Source of the DNA: Klebsormidium nitens | Taxonomy: Eukaryota > Plantae > Klebsormidiophyceae | Assembly: GCA_000708835.1 (NCBI GenBank) | Contig: DF237404.1 | Span: 1 to 64,000 of the forward strand | DNA length: 64,000 nt | Direction of reading: 5' to 3' | Shown: positions 13,100 through 26,000 of the stretch, in pieces | Layout of the letters: the number at the start of each line of letters is the position of its first letter | Numbering within the stretch: the stretch's first letter is position 1 | Program-made: the position numbers and the translations under genes | Notes under the pieces: generated by a model | Told to the model about the DNA's origin: nothing | The model's database searches: none | The model's input: only the letters and a program-made list of their open reading frames with translations

Positions 13100-14056
13100 G
13101 AGGCAACTATGATCATTTGGAATGCTTGACGGATTTCGTAGGGGCAGCTTAGTATACCGGCTGAAGTCTTGCACTTTCGTGCGACGGTGTTCAAAATGTA
13201 CCATATTGTGAGTTGACAGATCAATAGTTGTGCATAAACCCGACCCTAGTAGATATTTCACACGGTGTGGCAGATTCTTGCACAGCTTGCATGCATTGTC
13301 AATTCCTGCCATACGTGACATGTACCAACGTGTGACTGCGCAGCGTGAAACCATCCATGTGTCATCGCTCTACATCCAAGGATCTACGTCATGCATATAT
13401 AGTGATCGGATTATGCGATGAGCATGCTAGTTTGGTACTAAGTCATGCATTGGTGCATCGTGTGATGCATTATACAATCACATATGTACTCGCAGAACGC
13501 CAGATCTCAAAATGGCATGCAACGCGCGTTTGATCCTAAGAGCTGTATCCCGCGCGGCATGTGTGGCTGAAGTTGACAGAGTGCTTCTAGTTGGCCCCAA
13601 TTATTATGTACATGCTCAACAACTATTGATCCGTACCGACTACTGTAATTCCCGGGGACTTTTGGCCATACCGCAACGGTTCTAAACATAGGGTGCTAAT
13701 ATGATCCGGTGGATCATGGATGGCAGAGGGGTACAGATCGATGTTTTTGCCATCGGGCGATTTGCGGTCAACTTAGGATCAATTTTGCTGCACCGACCAG
13801 TAAGGCAGCCTGCAGACGTCTATCATAGTATTATCGCGTTATTGCTGCAGAATATGAACTTCGAGAAGAGATTAACACCAGAAAAAACCTTCTGCTCCTC
13901 AGGAATTGACATAGATGGACTTGATCACTGTCAACTTGACGGCTGAGTCAGACCGACCGACTAGAGACAGACCACTTGGGATCTAAATGACCACCTGCGA
14001 GATCGCTATTGGAATGAGGCGACTCTGTGGCAACAGGACGGAGGGACACATCACAA

Positions 14057-17000
14057 TCACTGCTGCGAATGCTGAAGGAAGCTCCCTACCAACTGTTGCG
14101 TCAACGAAGGTGAGAGCTGCCCGCTAGGCCCGTTGTCCACTCTCTGCGTTGTGTCTGCTGCCTGCAACGATTGCGCCTGCACCGCTTTTGCGACCGCGTC
14201 CCTCATCAGGGCCATGAACGGGTTCGATTGCAGTTCCGAGGGTGTCACGGCCGTCGGAAGCTCGTCCCCGTCCCCAGCTCCGGTCGCTTGCAGCATCGGT
14301 CGCATCGCTTGCGCGACCGCCGTGCTGATCACGGAACTAAAGACGGCACTAGGGTCCCCCACTACATCACTGCCGGAAAGGGGCGCACCAGTTAAGGGTC
14401 CAGTCGCACTGCCGATTGGCAAGCCCGGAAGCTTCGGATCGTCTCCCTCCCCTTCTTCAAACATCTCCTGCGAGAGGAGAGGTCCTCGCACCCCCCGGCC
14501 CGGGTCGTCCACGCCGGATCGGCAACATCCCCGGCCGCAGTGGTTGGGGACGACTGAAACTGGTCGTGAGTGAGGGGACCGGCTGGTGGAGCTCGAAGGG
14601 TGGCTCAGCGACTGGGGGGGAAGGGTTAAGGACAGGAACGTCGCCTCGGAGGTCTCTGGTCGGCTGGAGGGGGGCTGGTGCAGGGAGGGGTGGTAGAACG
14701 GAGTGCTGGCCGAGGGCAAGGGTTGCTGGGCGGTGGTGTAGTGCCCCAGGTCTAGTCTGCGCAGTGAAAAAGGGATGTCCAAGCGTCAACAGGGTAAACC
14801 TTTTCGTCTTCACAATGCGTGAGGGGGAGACATCAATCGTTCTTGCCTTTCATCTATTATTCTGTCACGCCTCGCGACTTAAAGAAGTAGCGCCCTGCCT
14901 TTGACTATTCGCGTAACTCGTAAGTGGTCCGAAGGACCAGAAAGCCACCCACTTCAGGCTCCAGCTACCACCTTCTACCAATCAAAGCGACGCTAATTAT
15001 CATGGCAGCTCTCCAGACACAACAGTAGAGCTGGCCGGGAGCACGAGCAAGTTCGGTAAACCAACCACAACTTGACCCACACTCTAACCCTACTGGTCTC
15101 ACAGTCCTGCAGGACAAGTGTAAGCGCCGGTTACTCTACAAGACCCCAATTTCGTAGGCCTCACCTTGCCCGCTTCGCACTCTCCGCCAACAGCTCCTGT
15201 GCACTCGACTGGCTATGCTCGCTATCCCCAGCTTGCCCGTCCAGGTCCCCATCAACGCTGTACGACCGCTTGCGTCCGAAGATGTCCACAATCTGTCCGT
15301 CAATGTCCAGGAAGCGCCGGGACAGCGTGCTGTTCCAGTGGTTCTTGATGGCGTTGTCAGTCCTGCGCGTGGAGCAGTGAAAAGATAATGAATAGCAGAC
15401 TTTGTGGGCGGATCTGAGGGACCTCCGTACGGAGTGCTAGGCCAACTAGTCCCTTAAATATCGTCCTTGCTCGACAGAACCAGCATCCCAGTGACTTACG
15501 AGTAAAGGAAGTTTTGATGCTGGTCCTCTCTCCTAAAAAGTTCCGCACCTTCCCAAGTAGCTTCAATTGAAAGCGTGCCAGCGCAACCAAACGGACCGGT
15601 AACTAGAGTAAGGTCATCTGGATTAAATGCGGATGTTGCAACTGTTGAAGCTGCCTAGCCCTCAGCCAAGTGACAAGCTGTGCCCCCTTTGTCTGGAAGC
15701 AGGTCACTAACACCAATCGAGGCAACAGCATCAACCGTGTCGTCTGCAGCACTTGATCAAAACACGGTTCGTCGGCAGCCTGGTGACCCTCAAAGTAACA
15801 AGGGCGTCTCAACGTGAACCGAACGGACACCGATTGAGGAGGTCACTCACCGGCCCGGAAGCAGACGTGCGATGGTCGCCCACTTGTTGCCGTGCTCCGC
15901 ATGCGCTGCGATGATCTTGGCGTCCTCCTCATCCGTGAACGGTTTGCGCTTAACCTGCGGGTTCAGTTGGTTGCACCACCGCAGCCGACAGCTCTTGCCA
16001 CTGCGGCCCTGGATCCCCCGTGCTGCAGCAGACAAGAAGGGTTACTTAAACCCAATAGTGACCATGTAGTAACCAAGTGTTAGTGAGAGTGAAAGTAACC
16101 GTGTTGTAAACAAGTAATCTGGAAGCAACTAATCAGAAAGCAACTGATCATCCAAGTCTAACTACAATTACCAAGCAAGTCTGCATTGCCCATGGGCAGA
16201 TAAGATGATGTATGAACGTTATTAACCCCTTAAGAGCTCCCTCAGGTCTGTAGCAAAAGATTGAGGCAAATCCATATTCTAGCTGTGCGCTTGACGATCC
16301 AGTTTCCAAGAATTCCCCCCATTCAGGTTGGAACAGAATCGAACGTACGTAAGTGCAAATATGTGCACCTAATATCTTGAAGTCAGTCATGCAGTCAGGG
16401 CCACCTGCTCTGGATCGTACCAGCCACGCAAGTAAGGGGCCCCTTTTCAAAGTTGCAGCATTGCTTGCTTTTGCAACGCGTCGGAGCGTTCAGAATTTTC
16501 GAGGCAAGGTGGGCTATGAGAGCAAGGTCTTAGAGAGGACAACCAGATTGGTAAACACCTGAAACGCCAGAAGAGCCAGGACAGAGACTAACGTGAAGTA
16601 GGCAATGCAGGAAGGAGAATGACAGATGTGCAGAGATTCTGTTGACAAAAGCTACCTGTGGCCATGCCTGAAACCCTAGTTGCGCCAAGTCAATGAAGCT
16701 CGACCAGTCTGTAAGTACATCTACATATTTATACCACCATCATCCGGTGCAAAGGAGCAGGAAAACGAGCTATTTGGTAAACCACGGCACGCAGAATGCA
16801 AACAAAAGCATGGTGCATCATTGATGGCACACACAGATGCAGCCATGCTGTTGGTGTTTGACGAAAAACAGACTGCATTTTACGACGAGGCCATTTCGCA
16901 AGACAAACCTGCTTCACCTGATCCTTTGTCGGACAAGAGGGATTTATAGTTGCATTGCTCATCAAGACCAAACGAGGACCAAAGACGAAGCACAGCCAAA

Positions 17001-17664
17001 GAAGCAGCATTTCCAAAGCGAGCAAGCCGACTTTATTCCAGCCTCCTTGGAAACAAAAAGCTGGCTTAGATCTTTATCAAGGGAGTGATGACAAGCAGTG
17101 CAGAATAAGGTGCCAAATATGTCACCATCAGCTACTTGTCGCAGTAAATATCCAATTGCGCAGCAATGTAATTGGCCCGCATACTTGCAAGCAAGCAGCT
17201 AATGAAGGGTGGCAACAAGAAGAGCTAGACCAGGTACATCGTTTGAACAAGACTTGACAGCACACATTGTTTCCACATGGCAAAAATCAGGACAACGCAT
17301 TTTTTTTTTGCTAGCTCGGACACTGGATAAGCACTCGCAAAACGATATTCAAAAAGAGAGGCAACATCAAAGCTCAGAGTGATGCGGACATAGAGACGCT
17401 TCAAACCTGCCAGAAGCATCCGTCCTCACCTATCAGCGTCCAGTTTCTTGGTCCAAAATGCTCGACGAGTCGATGCAAGAGATCGTCTTCGGCTGCACTC
17501 CAGGGGCCTTTGATTGTTTCTTCCCTGCTGACGTTGTTTGGCGCAGGTCCCTGCCCTTCCCCTCCGCTCAAATGGCTCCCGGCGCCGCCGTCCCCTTCTC
17601 CTCTGCTTTGGAAACTTTCATGTCCTGTCTGGAGCTGTTGCTCCTGACCAATTTCAGAGCTCAT
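14057..17664 (-). CDS. R2R3-MYB transcription factor (MYB-2), S22/S23-like, 4 exons
   Basis: Exons 17664-17430, 16022-15851, 15362-15165, 14756-14057 with phases 1/2/2 consistent. [62 protein letters not shown]...[26 protein letters not shown]; C-terminal LSLTLP motif. Confidence 0.93.
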
Positions 17665-18574
17665 GCAGGCAATATAGTAGAGCCAGCAGATAAGGACTAA
17701 TTTCAAGCCTTGCAGAAAGCTGCTTCTTGAGATTTGCCCAGAAGGGCCAACGACCAGACTGAAACAACCATTGAAGCTACTGCATAATGCTGCAAAACAA
17801 TCCTGCAGGAAACCCCCAAGCTGTTGGACGTTAATATTCGAGAGGATTTTCCTGATAAGGTAGATCCACCTCCGTTTGCTGAAAGACAACTATAGCGAAA
17901 GACTACCAAAAGGGTTTTGTACGGCAGCATGCCTCCTTCTTAAACTGGCAGCAGACTCCTAACATGTCATCGGAAACGAAGGCGAAAGACTCAAGAGGGA
18001 TCTGGCCCCCGTCCTTTTGCCGTCTGCTATCTCTCTTGAATTTGAAAGAGGGGAAGGCTGGAGGAAGGCTGAGATTCACGAAGGGCATATCAACCTTTTG
18101 CATAGACTCAAAACTGACTCCTCAAACGCCACATGAAGCTTCAAGCAACCCGCTTCATAACCGAAATCTTCACAGAGGGAGCTATCCTGACCATCCATTC
18201 AAAGGCGGCAGCCCTTTGCATCCGTTCGATGATGGCTGCACTGATCTTGACCGTAAGATTTCCAACCGCCATGCAGTGACGTATTACCGTGTCGGACCGC
18301 AGATTGTCCGTTTCGCGGCCGCCCTCCGCGTTTTTTGTCGAACCCAACCCCTCGTAAACCCCTGATTCATGGTGGCGCGACTGGATGAAGGGGCGCGGCG
18401 GCCTCCTGTACGTCGCATAACAGGCGCTGAGGTTTCCCGCCAACTTGTCTGGCTCTGGGCTGAAGATTGAAACAGTGAAAGCATGCAACTACCTGGTCTC
18501 CGCACTGCAAATCAACGTTGCCCTTTGATTCTTGCGCCAATATATATCAGGTCCGTCAGGAGAACTTGCTGACT
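17665..18574. promoter_or_regulatory. Divergent (head-to-head) promoter/5'UTR region between MYB-2 and the Mpv17/PMP22 gene
   Basis: Inferred from gene orientation only; no specific cis element identified. Confidence 0.35.
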
Positions 18575-21500
18575 ATGGCTGCTCTAGCAGCCAGCAGGGT
18601 AATCCAGCAGACCTGCACGCCGTTTCTCACATCTCGAAGCAGAAATCCACGGAAGCAATGGGTGCATGCTTCGCCGGCGTGCGGCACATGCTCTTGGCAA
18701 TCACCAAAGCTTTTGACTCTCCAAAGCTCGAACATATTTCAGACTAACGATCTCCCTGTTGCATCCAGTCATCGTAAACTGTCTTCAAAGAGCAGGGATA
18801 AGCAGAGGTTGAGTGCCCTCGCTACAGAAACTGAGTTCGGAGGCAACGACGGTGGTGGAAAAAAGGGTACTGGGGTCGGCGATGGGGGGGGTGGCGGTGG
18901 GGGAGGGTCTGGAGGAGACCAAGGCGGGGGGCCAGGTGATTTTGGACCAGGATTTGGGGGAACAGGTGATGGCGGGAAAGGCCCGGAGCCACCATTGAGC
19001 CTCTGGCAACAGTAAGTGGGCATTGGGCTTGTGACGCGCCGCCGTACTTGCATTTGAAAGTTAGGGTTTCCATCGCTTGATGTTTCGTAGCCAAATGCCA
19101 TGAGCTTGATCTCCTTCTTACGCGCATGCAAGTTGTTGCAACAGCGGCAGCATTCGCGAGTGGTTTTCATCTTTGGTAGCGGAATTGGACTGTGTTCATT
19201 GAATTGCATCGGAACGGCAAATGCACGAAGGATTCTAGGTTCTCCAGCAATTGCTCAAACGCGATGCAAAGGTGCTATCTCAAGTTCTTCTTGATTCAGC
19301 CAAAATCTTTTGAGTCCTGCAGCCTGGGAGTTTTCTGCCCCTTTCTGATGCCATTGATTTTACATCCAGAGATCTTGAGAAGCATTGAGCTGGATTGTGA
19401 CAACCGCTCGAAGGGGCACTTGCTTTATAACGTGGATCGTAGAAGCAATCAGCAACTCTAGTAGCAACTCCTTCCATTCTGGGCTTCCTGTGGCAGGTCT
19501 TATTTGTGTGACTCTCGTTGTCTCTCTTTTAGGTACCTCGCTCTCTTAGAAAGCCACCCGGTGCTCACCAAGGCAATCACTTCTTCTTTTCTCAACTTTG
19601 CCGGAGACTTGCTGTGCCAGGTAAGATACTCCGAAGCACTCTCTGGAGATGAAGGAACGCTTTTCACAAAATCGTCAGCAGCTTTGCTTGCTCTATAGTA
19701 GAAGCCATATCGCTTTAGGTTGGTAAAGGACACCTGTCCACGAACACAGCTTTCCTATCTTGATTGCCACATCATACTCAGTTCTTAAGTGTTGCCAAGA
19801 TCCGCTGAATGATCGATCAAATGTGTATACGAGCTGAACTCAACTTCCTGCACTTCAAAGTCGTCTCAATCTGAAGCTGAGCTGGTTGGCAGGTCCGCTT
19901 AGAACTTACAAGGTATTCATTTTTCGCTCTCGTCCAGACTGTGATTGAGAAGAAGAAGGAACTGGACTTCAGACGAATGGGCGTCATCTCTCTCATTGGC
20001 CTCGTTTTGGTGGGGCCTACCCTGCATTTCTGGTGAGCAAGCTGAGCGCTTTTCCAGAAGCTGTTGCTCCCCAAAGCTACGAGCAGTGGAATCATAAAGG
20101 CTTTATTGAACATTGCAGCTTCAGCGCTTCCAAACAAGCCACTGGGTGTTGATCCGGTTATGAGATTGGAGATGGCATCAACGATCAGTGTGCTGGCCGG
20201 TCGCTTCTGGCCACTTGGCAGAAGTAAACCGGCTACTGAGTGTTCAAGATCCGTCCAGCCGACCTGGCTTCAACCTATCGAACTCGGTCAGGACAAACGG
20301 TCAGGTTCAAAGCAAGCCTCAAGTACTACAAAGCGTTCGCATTTCCAGCGTGCACCCTTTCTGATTTGCCTTGTAAATTGGGCGTCGGGGACTGGTTCCC
20401 CCCAGGGGACCACGTAGTGCCCCATGGTGCTGACTTGGTCGCCAAGCCAATTTTCAAGACAGGGAGTGTGTGGGCCTTCGGATGAGTTTCTCCCCTCATG
20501 ACTTGGATGCTCTGTTCCTTGGAATCTGGCACCCTTTTTAAGGGCCAAGTATGCACCATGAAAACCAAATCTGGGGAGAGGGAGTGCGAAGCGTTGCGGA
20601 AGGAAGACAAGATGGACCTTGAGTTGTTTTCCAGGTACGGCCTCCTCAATCGGACGGTGAAAATTCCTGGGGGAGCAGGCATCGTTTCTCGGCTGGTCCT
20701 TGATCAAGTGAGTACTGGCAGGCAAGGCCAACTGAAAACTGCTGCAGCCGAGTTTGACCGTGAGGAGAAGCGGCTGATCTGTCGACTCTGCTTGGGTCGG
20801 GCGTCAGTCAACCTCCTCCTGCTCAAGCAGAGGAGGTCGGGCGGAAGACTCTGCTTGAGCTTCCCTTACTTTGTTCAGTATATCGTTTGGCAATTGTCTG
20901 CCGACGCTTTGATGGTCCATTTCACCTCACCTGTTCGATAGTAACGTCGGGCGCCTTTTCTCCATGATATGTCGCTCTCGAATCTGATGCGTTCCTACCA
21001 TCGGTCTTCACCGTCCAGGCAGGTATATTAGACGCTGGCGACCGAATTCATCGTGGTCACAGCGAACTCTTCGAGACATTCACATTTCGCTTTCTTCGTC
21101 CGACTCTGCTGTGAAGAATTGAAGAAAGACCGTTGCTTCGCGTTCTGGTCACCAAAACAAATCTTGGAATCAATACAACCCCGCCTTCGTTCATAGTCGG
21201 GGGGCGTCGTCCACTTTTTGCCACTGCAGCGTCCACGCTAACCAATCAAGCACCTCAGAAAGTAAACCTTCCAAGAGCGTCAACTGACGGCTTATTCATC
21301 TCGTTCCCAGTTCCTCTTCTCGCCCGCCTTCATCGCCGCTTTCTTCAGCACGCTGCTCACCCTCGAAGGGCGGCCGAGCCTCATCCAAGCTACGTTGCAA
21401 AAGGAGTGGGTATCCACGTGCATAGCCAACTGGAAGATCTGGATCCCCTTCCAGTTCCTCAACTTCTGGCTCGTGCCTCCGCAATTGCAGGTATGTGCTC

Positions 21501-21956
21501 CCTGATCCGTGCAGTCTTTGGCTGTCCAGATCGAATCTCTCAATATCCGTATGCTGTTCTGGCTTCTGAGCAATACGCTGCGGTTCGCTTTCCCGGTCTC
21601 GAACGCTTCTGGTCTTTCTGCGCTTGTACTTTCTTGATCCCTGCACAAAATGGCTCGACCTCTGAGCAGACCATGTGCCTGCTTCCCACGTTTTGAAGGG
21701 CTGTTGAAGCTCCGACTTTGCCGCCTGAGCGTTTCCGATGCTTGCGGCTCCTAATGCCCATTGCAGTGCGTTTAGAACAATCTGTTCCGAACCGTCATTG
21801 TCAAGGTCGTCGAGTGCAGTGCTTGATTGAAAGGTCCTCGCAATACCAACAAGTGTTGGGCTTCCTCAAGTGCTGTCTGTTTGCCTATAGGTCGGCGCGG
21901 CAAACGTGATTGCTCTGCTATGGACAGTTTACCTATCCTTTGTCACTCACAAGTGA
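18575..21956 (+). CDS. Mpv17/PMP22 (PXMP2) family membrane protein with N-terminal transit-peptide-like extension, 6 exons
   Basis: Exons 18575-19011, 19533-19620, 19937-20032, 20635-20707, 21311-21490, 21891-21956. Family motifs LESHPVLTKAITSS, GPTLHFWY, LVLDQFLFSP, NWKIWIPFQFLNFWLVPP, NVIALLWTVYLS. Gly-rich linker after a Ser/Ala-rich N-terminus. Confidence 0.9.
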
Positions 21957-21999
21957 GAGAGACTCCATCAGGAGAGGGATGTCAATAATACGGACAGCT

Positions 22000-22700
22000 T
22001 CGCGTTAGCAGTCAAGTAAAGCTTAGGAAACGTGCTTCTGGATACATTGTACAGAGACATGCTGCCCAGTCCTCAGGCCGTTTGCGGCGTTCGAGTAGTG
22101 AGTTTGCAAGGTAGACTGCTTGACGGGGTCGTGCATTAGGGCCACCGGTTCAGCTGCAGAGTGCGCCGCACCATACAACTGTGCGGTCACAATGCCAAGT
22201 TTGTCACAAGAGATGTTTCTGTGTCTACGCGAATGCATGTGTGGCCTTCGAGGTTTGACCTCGGGGGCTTAATAGACCGTCCCGTGCCAGTTGGTACGTC
22301 GGGTTGTATGCAGCCTCATATGCATAGCAAGGACTTGCGAGGTGAAAGTGCCCCCATATGATTTTCGTTGTGGACTCAACTTCCATATGTGTGGATGTAC
22401 TTCTCGGCGGTTGACGTATATTCGTGGCTTCCCCGCAACTCTACTCGCTTCTAGACGTCCCCCCCGGGGACGCGTTGCAAGCTTGCAATCCGGGGCCCCG
22501 GAATTGGATCTTAGCGACTCATTGTCATATGCCATGATGGCCGCCTAGAGCTATACACTACTTACCGTGAGGCCATAGCAAGCGCGGCGCACTGTCGATG
22601 GATCGCGGTCCGCGGGCCATATATGCAACTGCGAGTTATTCTGCCCATAGGCATGAGCTCACCCGCGCGCATGCATGCGATTTAAGAGCTCATGTGATAC
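22000..22700. repeat. CATG/TGCA- and palindrome-rich intergenic island between convergent genes
   Basis: Many short palindromes (TTGCAAGCTTGCAA, TCCGGGGCCCCGGA, CGCATGCATGCG); no credible ORF. Confidence 0.4.
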
Positions 22701-23078
22701 CCGAATCGGTTGGGCACAATCGGCCGGGATACAACGTACGAGGGCGGCTTGGCGATGACGGTTTCTAAAGAAGCAGCATGATACGTGGGGCTTACTATTT
22801 CGACCAAGACGATTGAGGAACTCTTGATGATCATTCATCACATGCCACTGGATAAAAGCACCCCGGGCAGGCTCCTTCCGAATCCAAGACCGAAACACAG
22901 AAGCCTCGCTGTGAAACGGACCAGCTGCTCTCGAATCCAGCGTATTGGTCAACGTTCTTTACTGTGGAGCTTGGCGAAGTGCCTGAGTGGTTTAGCCTCA
23001 AGCTCACAAACTTTTTTCCTTTTTTAGCTGCCAGCAAATGTGGGCCAATGAATTTGCGTTTATATAAGCAACGACAAT

Positions 23079-26000
23079 TTACCAGAAGGACGGAAGCGGC
23101 TTCCACACTGAGGCCGCTAGGCCGAGAGCAATGGCGACACCATGGGCTATGTGCAGCCTCGTTGCGAAGTACTTAGCCATGAAAATGACCACCTTGTTCT
23201 GCAGAGAACCAACGGGAAAAAGGCCTTTGGTTGTGGATGTAGTTTTGAATGTGTTTGAATGTTAATTGCAACAAATACGGAGCGCTTCGGTACCAATCGC
23301 CACGTGCACGTCGAAAGACGAGATAGTTGATATTGACTCGTTTTTGCTCGACACAAGCAGGTCTTCATCTCGCATCTTGCATCAGGATTGTGTCGGAGCT
23401 CGCGCCCGCGGCAACTATTGGCCTGTAAGATCTGCCGGCTAGTAAAGCGCGCCAAAAGAACCAGACAAATAGAGGGCAAGCTCACCTCGTGGTTCTTTGA
23501 GATGAAGTTCTTCACCAGTTTGCCGAGGGGTATCGTTAGAGCTGACAGAATCTGCCAAAGACGAACTACAAAGGTCAGCCACGTACAGTAGGAGCTTCCA
23601 GTCATCGTGACTGGAAGACCGGCTCAGCCTGAATGGTGCTCGGGGTATAAAGTTGAGCCGGAACTTACTAGATTGAAGTGTCTGATAGTCGGGCATTATC
23701 GACTTTGATTAACCTCTCAAGCAGCTAATATTTGATCAAAACTGGACGGTATACCGACTGTCTCGAACGGTCAGTTATCGCAGACTCCACTTTCAGTTTG
23801 TTAAACTGCATAGTTGGCTGGTAACAACGCCACCACCCTTCCAGAGCGACAATGAGGAAGAATCTTCCATTTAGCAATAGTAAGCTTTAGCAATAGTAAG
23901 CTCACCAGCCTGGGACGGGTAGGGTTAGTCTGGGGGTTAGGGTGGGTTCGGGTGCGGAGCGAGTGTTTTTGTAGGTTAGGTTTTTAGTGTTAGTGCCGGA
24001 GCTTACTATTGCTAGGGCTTACTATTGCTAAATTGAAGAGACATACAATGAGGTCCACCCTGACGAACACGTCAATCACTCAGGAATCCAGTCTCGTAAA
24101 TGCGGTCCCCGCTTCAATTACTACCAGCAGCCAACGCTAGCCCGTGCTGAATCCAATCACGACTCCCAACGTGTGGCGCACCCCTGTGCACCGAACATGC
24201 ACCGAGTCGAGCATCAGTCGAGCACGTGGAAACGATTGGGTCAGATCGACAGTTATGACTGGGCTCCGAGACACGTGGCAACATAACGATGTGCGGCTCA
24301 CCCCGCACCACGTGGGCAGCAGCTTGGTCCCCACGAGCCCCCCGGTCACGAAGTAAAGCGCAGTCACGGCCGCGCTCGCCACTTGGGCGCCTCTCGCGGT
24401 CCCGAGCCGCACCTGGAAACAGGAGACAACGGGCTTTAGGCAAAGCGATATTTTCAGGCTTGATGATTGAGCCGGTAGTCAAGCAGCAGGAGTGCGTCGA
24501 ATCCAAACAGACGTTTCTAAGGGAGCGCGTTTTGTGCGCCTAGACAGCCGGTGGTAAATCTCGCAAGTTGGGTGACGCAGGGTTTATGATCAAACCCCGT
24601 TGTGATTTGTCGCCAAATCTATCCAAGTCAGAATAAGCGGCACGTCTCCTCACAGACATTCTGACGGCGCCCGGAAGGCGAGGGCGAGACACGAGAAGAA
24701 AATAGTCTGCCTTTGAGCTGTACAAGGTCGTTCTGAGCTGCCAATACAACAGTTCTCGCTTTACAAAACAAAGTCCAGCAAGCATGCCGGTTCTTGCACC
24801 TCTCAATCCGTGAGACTGCGCGCAGAGCCGCAGAAACACTGCCCCATCTCAATCCGTGACTGCGTTGGAGATCAGGGGAGCCTAGTGACAATTTCTACAG
24901 CCGACAACTGGGCACGCCGTTGACCTGGATGAGAAATTTACAGCTTGCGGCTGTATCGAGTCTACGGCAAAATGGAGAAGGTAACGCTTCCAATTACTTT
25001 AATACAAGTACGTCTCTGGACTGGTGTAACTTGGGGGCCGGGAGCCTTGCACCGACTTCCACTATCCTTACGCATATGCGTCAAAATAACGTCGCCAAAG
25101 CGGTAAACTCACCAGCGGCGACATCTTGCCGACCTTCGCGTCGTCCTCAATCTGCAGATCGAAATAGAAACCGCTTGTAAGTTTGCAAGTCTCGATTTTC
25201 ACGTCGCCAACCGGGCGTCAACCAAGGCACGCGTGACTGATAACCAAGGCAAAACCGCGGACTGACCCATCGGGGGTCAGGATGGGTTCAGATTACAAAA
25301 GGGGTGATGCGGGTGCTGTCGTTTCTCATCAGCTTGCTTCTGAGTTTGGTCTGCTCTTGACCCAATCTCGAGGTGCGCGGACTTCTACAGTCCCCACAAT
25401 CGAGAGGCGGATGAGACGATTCCAAAAACATCCTGGAGCGTCAAAACCTACCGCCCGATTCTGCAAGAACTTCTCGCACGAAACTTCGCGACATCAATGC
25501 AAGTGCGGAACGCCCTGGTGTAAGCGTAGTCGTTTCCGAGGCACCGAAAGCTCTCAACCCCATTTTTGTATCTGCTCAGGACGCACACAGCAAAGCTTTC
25601 TCTGGCGATCTGGGTTCCGGGCGGCAACCGAAAGGTTGACGAAGCACTCAATCTCTCGCAACCCTCTTCCACGGCTTTCCATTCGCCAAAGAAACGGACA
25701 GAGTCTTCAAAAAGATTCCTGGAGTACATGAAGCAGCATTCCGATGTGTTAACATTTGATGCAGTTCCCTTCAGCGACTAAGGGCCTGACGTATTGGAAG
25801 TCGGATTGAAGAAAAAAGCGCGAAACTCACTTGGTGAAAGTGCGAGCAGAAAAGGATGAGCGTGGTGGTGATGCCAACTAGAACGGACGCACCCAGGACC
25901 GTTGGAGTCACTTCCGGCAGCGCTTTGCAGCAACTGCACAGAGAGGATACGGTCATTCAAAAAGAGTCGTGGCGACTCTGGCGACCCATTAACGACTTTC

